Assembly (NCBI GenBank): GCA_963700635.1
Contig: CAVOYH010000003.1
Span: forward strand, 1,152,001 to 1,216,000
Length of the DNA: 64,000 nt
Source: an uncultured Bacteroidota bacterium
Lineage (GTDB): Bacteria > Bacteroidota > Ignavibacteria > UBA10030 > UBA6906
Direction of reading: 5' to 3'
In this document: positions 9,725 through 18,102 of the stretch, piece by piece
Position numbering within the stretch: position 1 is the first letter of the stretch
Layout of the letters: each line of letters begins with the position of its first letter
The notes under the pieces: model-generated
What the model saw: only the letters and a program-made list of their open reading frames with translations
Database searches by the model: none
Told to the model about the DNA's origin: nothing
Made by a program: the position numbers and the translations under genes

Positions 9725-11152
9725 AGAGGGATAACGTGAAAACCATGACCACAGATGTCGTTGTAATTGGCGCGGGACCCGGAGGGTACGCTGCTGCGTT
9801 TTATGCGGCGGACAAAGGGAAAAGTGTTGTGCTCGTCGAGCGGGATGATCGCCTTGGTGGCGTGTGTCTCAACCGGGGGTGTATCCCGTCCAAAGCCCTG
9901 CTCCATGCGGCCAAACTGCTTGAGGAAGCAAAAGAGTCGGCCTTCAGAGGGATACACTTTGAGGCGCCACGTCTCGATGTGAAACAAATGCGGGCATGGA
10001 AAGACGGCATCATCGGAAAGCTCGCAGGCGGGGTCAGCACGCTGGCGCAGCGAAGGGGTGTGCAGGTTCTCCAGGGGAAAGGCTCTCTTTGAAGACTCCA
10101 CCACGCTCCGTGTGGAAACTCCGGGGGGGCAGCAATTCCTCAAATTCGGCCGGGCCATCGTGGCGGTAGGATCACAGCCCGCAATGCCGTCAACCTTCGA
10201 TCTGGGCAACCCGCGTGTTATGACGTCAACGGAGGCACTGGAAATTGAGACTATCCCCGAACAACTTCTTGTGGTCGGGGGCGGCTATATCGGGATGGAA
10301 CTGGGGACAGTCTATGCTGCACTCGGCAGCAAGGTCGTCGTGGTGGAAGCGCTCGAACATGTGCTTACGGGGGCTGATCAGGACCTGGTCCGGCCGGTCC
10401 TCCGTCGGGCCGGACAACTCTTCAAAGAGATCCGCACCAGTGTTAAGGTACTGAAGATGGCCACGTCCGGGAAACGGATCAACGTCGTTATGGAGATGAA
10501 CGGGGAAAAGCGGGAAGAGCTGTATGATGCGGTGCTTGTTGCGGTCGGGCGGACTCCCAACTGCGCCGATCTTGGTCTGGAAAATACCCTCGTCGCCCGT
10601 GACCCCAGAGGGTTTATCGTGGTGAATGACCGTCAGGAAACCGCAGACCCTGCCATTCTGGCCATCGGCGATGTGGTCGGTGGAGTGATGCTCGCACACA
10701 AGGCGTCAAAGGAAGCCCGTATCGCTGTAGAAACCATTATCGGAGAGCAGGTTGCCGCCGGCGGTGCGATCATTCCTGCCGTGGTATTCACCGACCCGGA
10801 AATTGCCTGGGCGGGTTTAACGGAAACGGAAGCGCGGGCCGCCAACCGCCCGGTGGAAGTAGCGAAGTTTCCATGGACGGCGTCAGGCAGGGCGCTGAGT
10901 TTTGACCGGACCGACGGGTTGACGAAACTGATTATCGATCCGGAATCGGAACGAATCCTGGGGGTCGGACTGGCTGGAGCTGGTGCAGGTGAGTTGATCG
11001 GTGAGGGAGTCCTCGCGATCGAGATGGGTGCGACGGCTTTCGACCTGTCACAATCCGTACATCCTCACCCGACGCTTTCGGAAACCTTGATGGAATGCGC
11101 TGAAGCATTCTACGGACACGCAACACACATCGTGACGAAAAAGAAGGAATAG
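9721..11152 (+). CDS. lpdA: Dihydrolipoamide dehydrogenase, split by a 1-nt insertion near 10078-10080
   Basis: GAGPGG and GGVCLNRGCIP in ORF 9721..10092; GGGYIG and HPHPTLSE in ORF 10058..11152; deleting one A restores QGKALFED. Confidence 0.93.
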
Positions 11153-11166
11153 GCCCGCAATACTCT

Positions 11167-11742
11167 CTATTGCAGCGCTGTCTCAACGGCGCTGATCACT
11201 TCCTCCGACATCGGCTTTACTTTGGTGCCGAACCGCCCGATTACTATTCCATTCCGGTTCACCAGATACTTCGTGAAATTCCATTGTATATCACCGGCGA
11301 ACTCAGAAGTCGAGTCTGGTGATGTAAGATACCGGTAGAGCGGGTGCTGATCTTTTCCCTTGACCGAGATCTTCGAGAACATATCGAACGTGACGCCATA
11401 GGTCGAGGTGCAGAACTCCTTGATCTGTTCGTCAGATCCCGGTTCCTGTCCGCCAAAATTGTTGGCGGGGAATCCAAGCACGACAAATCCTTTGTCGTGG
11501 TATGCGCGGTACAGCTTCTCGAGTTCAGCATACTGCGGCGTGCTTCCGCATCGGGATGCAACATTGACGAGTAACATCACCTTTCCCCTGTATCGGGAGA
11601 GAGGAACCTGCTTGCCGTCAATGTCCACCATGCTGAACCCAAACACCCCCTGGGCTGTGTTCGCCTGTTTTTGACCCTGCGCTTCAGCCGTCCCCGCCAT
11701 CATCATGAATGCCATAAGACTCATTCCAAGCACCTTCAACAT
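11167..11742 (-). CDS. Glutathione peroxidase (Cys type) with signal peptide
   Basis: NVASRCG (TGC, not Sec), GFPANNFGGQEP, WNFTKYL. Confidence 0.93.
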   Translation of the reverse strand: MLKVLGMSLMAFMMMAGTAEAQGQKQANTAQGVFGFSMVDIDGKQVPLSRYRGKVMLLVNVASRCGSTPQYAELEKLYRAYHDKGFVVLGFPANNFGGQEPGSDEQIKEFCTSTYGVTFDMFSKISVKGKDQHPLYRYLTSPDSTSEFAGDIQWNFTKYLVNRNGIVIGRFGTKVKPMSEEVISAVETALQ

Positions 11743-11793
11743 TGTGACTCCGGTTCTAAATGAATTTCTGTAATGCCATTAGCACTACTTCTT

Positions 11794-11820
11794 AAACCTT
11801 TTTGTCACGGATTCGGTTCC
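11794..11820 (-). promoter_or_regulatory. Putative ECF-sigma promoter for peroxidase gene
   Basis: GGAAC-N18-GTT about 50 nt upstream of the ATG. Confidence 0.4.
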
Positions 11821-11864
11821 GTGCGCAAAATCGACCAAAGTGTGGTTGAATCCGGCGGTTTTAC

Positions 11865-11893
11865 TTGACTTTTTGCGAATCGTTAACTACCCT
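11865..11893 (+). promoter_or_regulatory. Putative sigma70 promoter
   Basis: TTGACT-17-TACCCT. Confidence 0.5.
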
Positions 11894-11995
11894 ATATCAG
11901 GCACGTGTACTGTTCTTATAGAACCACGTCGTGTGTCATCTAGTTGTTGCGGTCGACTACCACGGTAGAGATCCGTGAGAGAGGGGGAATGGTTC

Positions 11996-12349
11996 ATGAA
12001 AAAAAGCAAGCGTATCATGCGACGCTCGATCCTCTCGTGTTTGTACTCGCATCTTGCGGATGCGTACGGACTGGAGCTGTCTGAGGATTTGTTTGTGCAG
12101 GGAAAGACATCAATACGGGATATTGATGCACTGCTTGCCTTCAAGAGCGACCCTCGTCTGGATGAGCTCCGGGGTGCGCTGGACAGACTCGAGTGCGGAA
12201 CGTTCGGTCAGTGCCTTGCATGCAAAGAGCCGATCGATCAGGATCTTCTCGACGCAGATCCAACACACCGCTTCTGTTCCCGATGTGAACGACTCTACAG
12301 TCATGTGATGGCACGGGAGATCCGTTTATCGGTGTCCCCGATGCAGTAA
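11996..12349 (+). CDS. TraR/DksA C4 zinc-finger family protein (divergent)
   Basis: ALDRLECGTFGQCLACKEPI...P...CSRC. Confidence 0.8.
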   Translation: MKKSKRIMRRSILSCLYSHLADAYGLELSEDLFVQGKTSIRDIDALLAFKSDPRLDELRGALDRLECGTFGQCLACKEPIDQDLLDADPTHRFCSRCERLYSHVMAREIRLSVSPMQ

Positions 12350-12434
12350 GCTGAACTGATGCCATCGTCGCACCGGTGCGCCGTGCCGCATCCATTGCCT
12401 TCCCCTTCACCTATCGTTGTGCACATTCCCGGCC

Positions 12435-13343
12435 ATGAAACGAGATCTTGTCTCTTTTGCCCTCTGGACTCCCGAAGACATCCAGAAGATATTTTCCCTG
12501 ACACGTGAGCTGCAGAATGATACACATGCTCACCGCCAGCCGCTGGCAACAAAAACAGCGGCGTTAATTTTCGAGCGGGCATCGTTACGAACCCGCGTTT
12601 CGTTCGAAGTGGGGATTGCCCAGCTCGGAGGCCATCCGGTGTTTCTCCATCAGGAGTCCATCGGGATGGCAACGCGGGAGTCGGTACACGATATCGGATC
12701 TATCATCTCGCAGTACACGGACCTGATCGTTGCCCGTACGGTGCATCATCAGACGTGTGTCCAGCTTGCCGAAAGTGCTTCGGTACCGGTGATCAATGCG
12801 CTGACCGATCTTCTCCATCCCTGCCAGGTGCTGGCTGATGTGTTCACACTGATGGAGCTCGACCGGTTCTCCAGGTCAATGAAGATTGTCTTCCTGGGCG
12901 GCGGCAACAACATTGCGAATTCCTGGCTCGAATTCGCCACAAAAATCCCCCTCCACCTCGTGCTCTCATGTCCGCCGGGATACGAACCCCATCCCCGAAT
13001 TGTAGAAGAAGCGCAGTCGGCCGGGGTGAGTACTATCGAGTTCATCGTTGATCCCATCCGTGCTGTGCGCGAAGCAGGGGTTGTCTACACGGACGTCTGG
13101 CCGCAGGCCAGGGTTGGTGAAGAGGATGGACGGCGCCTGGCCGCTTTCAAACCTTATCAGGTAAACCGCACGCTTCTGAACCACGCGCATCCGGAGTGTG
13201 TCGTCATGCATCGCCTTCCCGCCAACCGAGGGGAGGAGATCACCGGTGAAATGCTGGACGGCCCCCAGTCCGTTATCGTGCAACAAGCGCGTAACCGGCT
13301 CGATGTGCAAAAAGGCATCATGACATTCCTTCTCGGCGCCTGA
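12435..13343 (+). CDS. Ornithine carbamoyltransferase-family protein with divergent acceptor-site motifs
   Basis: SLRTRVSFE, PVINAL, HPCQ, RGEEIT; HRLP and DVWPQA replace HCLP and DxxxSMG. Confidence 0.85.
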   Translation: MKRDLVSFALWTPEDIQKIFSLTRELQNDTHAHRQPLATKTAALIFERASLRTRVSFEVGIAQLGGHPVFLHQESIGMATRESVHDIGSIISQYTDLIVARTVHHQTCVQLAESASVPVINALTDLLHPCQVLADVFTLMELDRFSRSMKIVFLGGGNNIANSWLEFATKIPLHLVLSCPPGYEPHPRIVEEAQSAGVSTIEFIVDPIRAVREAGVVYTDVWPQARVGEEDGRRLAAFKPYQVNRTLLNHAHPECVVMHRLPANRGEEITGEMLDGPQSVIVQQARNRLDVQKGIMTFLLGA

Positions 13344-13439
13344 GTCTGGTTGTCTGAAATAGTGGGCAATGCCCACGAATGTAGACGATTCGGCATACCA
13401 ACCTCTCTGCAACCGGGCCTAAAACCCCAATTTCTGCTC

Positions 13440-13455
13440 TGGCACACGTATTGGT
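13440..13455 (+). promoter_or_regulatory. Possible sigma54 -24/-12 promoter (variant -12)
   Basis: TGGCAC-ACGTA-TTGG versus consensus TGGCAC-N5-TTGC. Confidence 0.4.
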
Positions 13456-13500
13456 GCACTCTCTGGTAGATGAGGTGTATCATAACGTAGTGAGGTACTT

Positions 13501-14799
13501 ATGAAACGACTGGGACTTCTACTCGCGACCCTGCTGGCATTCGGCCTGCTGACAATCGGACCCGCCAGAGCCCATGCGGGCTTCGGGATCACGTTCGGAG
13601 TGTTCTATTCATCGCTGGGCTCACATGGTGAATGGATCTCTGTCGATGCCGGCGTGTATGCGTGGCGTCCCATGCGCGTGGCAACAGGGTGGAGACCATA
13701 CTGGAACGGTCGCTGGATGTGGACCGATGATGGTTGGTATTGGGATTCCGACGAACCGTGGGCATGGGCCACCTACCATTATGGCCGGTGGTATTTTGAC
13801 GACTACTATGGCTGGATCTGGGTTCCCGGATACGAATGGGCCCCCGCCTGGGTGGAATGGCGGTACGGTGGCGACTACGTTGGTTGGGCGCCTCTCGGTC
13901 CGTATGCCGTATTCAACACGCATTTTGGCATCCATTATACGCGCCACTGGGTTACACCCTACCACTACTGGTCTTTTGTTGACTGCCGTTATATCAACCG
14001 CCAGGATGTACGCCAGTACGTGTATCGGACCGATCACAACACCCGGTTCATAGGGCGGACGCGCACGGCGGGGAGTGTCCGGTGGGACAACGGACGTATT
14101 GTAAGCCGCGGTCCCGAGACACGATACGTCGAACGGCGTGGAGATATCCGCATCCCCCGCACGGAACTTGTCGAAGTCCAGAACAATGATCAACTTCGTT
14201 CTGTGCGGACCGGCGACCGGGTTGGCGTGTATCGTCCGCGCGTTGAAGAACGTCGCGGGGACACCCATAGTGAACGGCCTGACAACATCCGCGACCGGGA
14301 GCGTATGCCTTCTCTCGATGCCCGCCAGATGGATGTGCGGAGCCGTGATGTGTCGCGTGAAAAGGGGCGAGAAGTCGAACGAATGGAACCGAGAAGGGCA
14401 AGGCCGGGTGATCCGCGGACTTCAGAAGGTAATACTGGCTGGTTCGAAGTTCCCCCCCGTAACAACCGCGAAGGAGAACGTTCGTCGCAGCCGGATGTAC
14501 GGAGCCGCCGGGAGGAAGAACGCTCGTCGCAGCCGGATGTACGGAGCCGCCGCGAAGGAGAACGCCCGCCGCAGCCGGACATACAAAACCGCCGCGAAGG
14601 AGAACGTTCGAGTGTGGAAGGCCGGACGCAGCGGCCTACGCAGAGGACGTCAGAGGGGAGCGCTCCACGATCGCAGGATCGCCGTTCGCCTGAACGGATT
14701 GAACGTCCGGCGGACCACCGGCCTTCGGGAGGTCAATCGACGGGGAGATCCGGCGGACGCGGGACCGAGGGCTCCCCGACACGTGGAAGGCAACGATAG
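13501..14799 (+). CDS. Secreted DUF6600-like (YXWGXW/WAPAWV) protein with disordered R/E/S/P tail
   Basis: Signal peptide; WRPY...SDEPWAWATYHYGRW...WVPGYEWAPAWV...VGWAPL. Confidence 0.85.
   Translation: MKRLGLLLATLLAFGLLTIGPARAHAGFGITFGVFYSSLGSHGEWISVDAGVYAWRPMRVATGWRPYWNGRWMWTDDGWYWDSDEPWAWATYHYGRWYFDDYYGWIWVPGYEWAPAWVEWRYGGDYVGWAPLGPYAVFNTHFGIHYTRHWVTPYHYWSFVDCRYINRQDVRQYVYRTDHNTRFIGRTRTAGSVRWDNGRIVSRGPETRYVERRGDIRIPRTELVEVQNNDQLRSVRTGDRVGVYRPRVEERRGDTHSERPDNIRDRERMPSLDARQMDVRSRDVSREKGREVERMEPRRARPGDPRTSEGNTGWFEVPPRNNREGERSSQPDVRSRREEERSSQPDVRSRREGERPPQPDIQNRREGERSSVEGRTQRPTQRTSEGSAPRSQDRRSPERIERPADHRPSGGQSTGRSGGRGTEGSPTRGRQR
14467..14610 (+). repeat. 42-bp tandem repeat, about 3.4 copies (REGERSSQPDVRSR)
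   Basis: Units start at 14467, 14509, 14551 and 14593. Confidence 0.9.
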
Positions 14800-14883
14800 A
14801 ATAACATAGGACGGACGCAGTCTGCCAGCGCCCCTTAACGGAAAGCGTGTGTGACTGAGGTTCATAAAAGGCCGCATGCCGGC

Positions 14884-15774
14884 CTATTGCCCTGCAACAA
14901 AATCCTTTTTCCGCTTCAAGACCTGCTCCGCACGCCATGTATACATTTCATAAACCTGGGTGTTGCGGGAAGTGATGACGGTCACCATAGTGTTGCCAGG
15001 AGTGAGGTGGAAGCCCAGCTGAACCCCATCGACATCCAGCACGCCAAGAAGCGGTGGGATGGCCGGGAGCGGGGTGTCAATAAATTCGTCACACTGCAAC
15101 GTCGCGAGTGACGAAAGGAAACTCCGCACGACATCATCCTTCACCGGCGCATCGTCAACCCTCCATACCGTGTCCTGCATGCTCAAGGTAAAGGTGGTGT
15201 CACCGTAGTGGAAGCGAACAGAGTGAATGGCCTCCGGGGTGAGGGAGAGGATTGCCTTGTCCCTCCAGTCGCGTACGGGCTTTGAGAAAAAGTGCCCGAG
15301 CATACCCTCTGCAAGAAACACATCAGTGTCACCTTCACGCCGCACATAGGTGTCTGTAGCGGGCGAGCCGGGTTTTCCAATCCAGAATGCGGCACGTTCG
15401 GCGCCTGCCCCGTATATCCGGACCAGGGTGCCGGTCGAGTCGACCTGGAAAAGTTCCTGCTTCTGCGGATTGGAGGAGATGAGACTCGAGAGTTTGATGG
15501 ACTTTCCTTTGCCCACGGCTGCCTCAACGCCTCTGATATCTGCGGGCGCCCGGAGAGGCGCGGTGAGCATCCAGCCACTTCCTTCCTTCCGGAGCTCAAT
15601 GTTTCCCGTCGGGGCAACGATGTCGATACGGTCCACGGAAACGGAATCATACGTGAACAGCAGATCTCCCTCTCCTGGCGACACACTGTACTCCCCCGGT
15701 AAGCGCAAAACAACTACCACAGCGACGACGAGGAGCAGGAGAATTACGACGAGGATCCATGTGCTGCGTGTCAT
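14884..15774 (-). CDS. DUF4340-like membrane-anchored protein
   Basis: N-terminal TM, FWIGK...YVR...VF...DWRDK pattern; overlaps the gldG stop. Confidence 0.75.
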   Translation of the reverse strand: MTRSTWILVVILLLLVVAVVVVLRLPGEYSVSPGEGDLLFTYDSVSVDRIDIVAPTGNIELRKEGSGWMLTAPLRAPADIRGVEAAVGKGKSIKLSSLISSNPQKQELFQVDSTGTLVRIYGAGAERAAFWIGKPGSPATDTYVRREGDTDVFLAEGMLGHFFSKPVRDWRDKAILSLTPEAIHSVRFHYGDTTFTLSMQDTVWRVDDAPVKDDVVRSFLSSLATLQCDEFIDTPLPAIPPLLGVLDVDGVQLGFHLTPGNTMVTVITSRNTQVYEMYTWRAEQVLKRKKDFVAGQ

Positions 15775-17357
15775 TGTACCTCCAGAGCTTTCTTTCGTGC
15801 CTTACGCATACGCCAGCGGATGGCACCATACCCGAGGACAAGAAGGGGTGGGGTCACGAGGGTGGCATACTTGATGATCTTTCTCGTCCCGTCTTCAAGC
15901 TGTTCCAGCGGGGGCAATGTTGCATCCTTGGTGCGAATGGTAATGAGTCCGTTTTCATCCACCAGGTAGTCCACCATGTTTGCAAAGAAGGTCACGTTGT
16001 CGCGACTACCTCCCATAAACTGGTCCCGGGCAAAATCGCCGTCCCCGATAAGAACCACGCGGGTGTCCGGACTGCGCGTAGCGGGGTTCGTGGAAGGAGG
16101 TTTTGAACCAGGGGTGGTGTCCACCGGAGCGGGTTTACCCGCATAAAGACTTGTGAAAGAGCCTTCAACAACTGCGCCGAGGGGAAGAGAGCTTTCCGGA
16201 AATTCTTCCCGGGTGTATTGCTGGAGAGGATCAAAAAGAAACATCCCTGTTTGTCTTCCGCTTTGCTTCGAGGAGCGCACAAGAATCTCCGCATGAAGTC
16301 CTTTTGCACCGACGCCGACCGTATCGATCGAACTGACAAAAAACAGGACAAGATTTTGCAGATCCTTCACCATCATGTTCCCCTTGCTGAAGCTATTCAC
16401 CCGCGGGAGATAGGGGAAGGGAACCTGTGACTGGATGTTGAAGCCGTACTGCTGCTGGACGATGGTAACACTCGCGCATTGCAGGTCGCGCACAAGATCG
16501 GCGTTTATTCGGAGGCCGTATTGCCGGAGCATGTCGTCCAGATTCAGGTCAAGGGCTCTTCCAAAGCGGTTCTGGAGATTTGCATCGATACGGTTCAGCA
16601 GAAACGCCACCTTCCCGCCCCGCATAAGATATTGATCAATGTGAAACTTGACCGGTTCAGGCAGCGGGGATGAGGGTGCAAGAACAAAGAGCGCCCCGAG
16701 GTCGGGGGGAACCGGCGTTCCTCCGGCCACATCCACCGGAACGAGCTCATACTGTTTTTGAAGAAGTCCCTGTACAAGGGAGAGTTCCTGGAGTTCCGGC
16801 ATACCGGACCCGGTGAGGAAGCCGATCCGGCGTTTTGTGCGGTTGGTGAGGCGTTGTACCGTACTGCTGATCTCATATTCCAGCGTGGCGGTGTTCTGAA
16901 TGACGGGCAGGACCTCTTTGCGGTCTTCATAGAAGAGCACCATGCCCATGTAGGCCCGTTTGACCTCGAACTTGTCCTCATTGACCACCTGCACCTGGAC
17001 GGGGGCGACGCCCTGCTGCTGGGCCGCCTGTTCTTCTTTCTCTCCGGTTGGATCGATAAATTCAAACTGAAGATTGCCCTTCGAAAAGGCCCGGTATTCG
17101 TTAAGCTGGTCGAGCAGCACACGCCGGTGATTATTGTACGGAGCCGGGAGGTCTTCCGTGAAGTAGGCTTTGACGGTGACTTTGTCATCGAGTGACTGCA
17201 TAAGGCGCTTGCTGGCCTCCGCCAGAGTAAACTGCCCGTTGCGGGTCATGTCGATCCGATCAAACCACCGCACCGACACAAAATTCAGGAGAATCAGAAT
17301 CGCCAGGACAATACCGAGGCGGATCAATGACTGGGTTTTGCGGGTTCTTTTTATCAT
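15771..17357 (-). CDS. gldG: GldG-family ABC transporter auxiliary protein
   Basis: RIDMTRNGQFTL, EFIDP, YLMRGGK, NMVDYL; N- and C-terminal TMs. Confidence 0.85.
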   Translation of the reverse strand: MIKRTRKTQSLIRLGIVLAILILLNFVSVRWFDRIDMTRNGQFTLAEASKRLMQSLDDKVTVKAYFTEDLPAPYNNHRRVLLDQLNEYRAFSKGNLQFEFIDPTGEKEEQAAQQQGVAPVQVQVVNEDKFEVKRAYMGMVLFYEDRKEVLPVIQNTATLEYEISSTVQRLTNRTKRRIGFLTGSGMPELQELSLVQGLLQKQYELVPVDVAGGTPVPPDLGALFVLAPSSPLPEPVKFHIDQYLMRGGKVAFLLNRIDANLQNRFGRALDLNLDDMLRQYGLRINADLVRDLQCASVTIVQQQYGFNIQSQVPFPYLPRVNSFSKGNMMVKDLQNLVLFFVSSIDTVGVGAKGLHAEILVRSSKQSGRQTGMFLFDPLQQYTREEFPESSLPLGAVVEGSFTSLYAGKPAPVDTTPGSKPPSTNPATRSPDTRVVLIGDGDFARDQFMGGSRDNVTFFANMVDYLVDENGLITIRTKDATLPPLEQLEDGTRKIIKYATLVTPPLLVLGYGAIRWRMRKARKKALEVQ

Positions 17358-17364
17358 GATGTCT

Positions 17365-18087
17365 TTACCACTTCCGACGTTCCAGGGACACTGTTGCGAG
17401 GTAGAGTGAGAATCCGAGCAATGATATGAAGTACACGATATTCCGTGAGTCGATTACCCCACGGGCGATGTTCGAATAATGATAGTCGATAGAAAGAAAT
17501 TCCATCGTTGACGCGAACGATTCCGGAACATAGATGAGCACCTTGTCCATGAGGAATAGTGCAAGAATCAGCAGGAAGCTGACGATAAATGCGACAATCT
17601 GGTTCTCGGTGAGACTGGATGCGAGGATGCCGATAGCGATGTACACGCCTCCCATTAAAAGCAGCCCGACGTATCCGGTGACAACGGGACCAAGGTCAAG
17701 CGAACCGAGCGCTCCGATCGTCAGCACATACAGCACTGTCGGCACGAGTGCCGCGGCCAGGAGAGCCCATGCGGCAAAAAACTTTCCCAGAACAATTTCC
17801 ACATCGCGCACAGGCTTTGTTGTCAGCAACTCCAGTGTGCCCGCTTTCTTCTCCTCGGCCAGGAGCCGCATGGTCACAGCCGGGACAAAAAAGAGAAACA
17901 CCAGCGGAACCAGTTCAAAGAGAACACGCATCGAGGCGATATTCATGAGGAACATGTTGTTCGTGAAGAACCAACCGATGATGCCCAGGAAGACAACGAT
18001 CACGACATAGGCGACCGGAGAGTTAAAGTACGAACGAACCTCCCTCCGGAAAATCGGGGCAATGTTGGGCAATACGAGAACGGGCAT
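17365..18087 (-). CDS. gldF: GldF-like ABC-2 permease
   Basis: YFNSPVAY, TMRLLAEEKKAGTLELL, TENQIVAF. Confidence 0.88.
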   Translation of the reverse strand: MPVLVLPNIAPIFRREVRSYFNSPVAYVVIVVFLGIIGWFFTNNMFLMNIASMRVLFELVPLVFLFFVPAVTMRLLAEEKKAGTLELLTTKPVRDVEIVLGKFFAAWALLAAALVPTVLYVLTIGALGSLDLGPVVTGYVGLLLMGGVYIAIGILASSLTENQIVAFIVSFLLILALFLMDKVLIYVPESFASTMEFLSIDYHYSNIARGVIDSRNIVYFISLLGFSLYLATVSLERRKW

Positions 18088-18102
18088 AGAGGTACCTGCG
18101 GA

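Noticed and set aside
11545-11560. Selenocysteine in the glutathione peroxidase
   Set aside because: The active-site codon is TGC; no in-frame TGA.
11779-11786. TTAGCACT resembling a CIRCE half-site
   Set aside because: No GAGTGCTAA second arm, and not upstream of a chaperone gene.
14467-14610. Possible CRISPR array
   Set aside because: Contiguous in-frame 42-bp units with no spacers and no cas genes.
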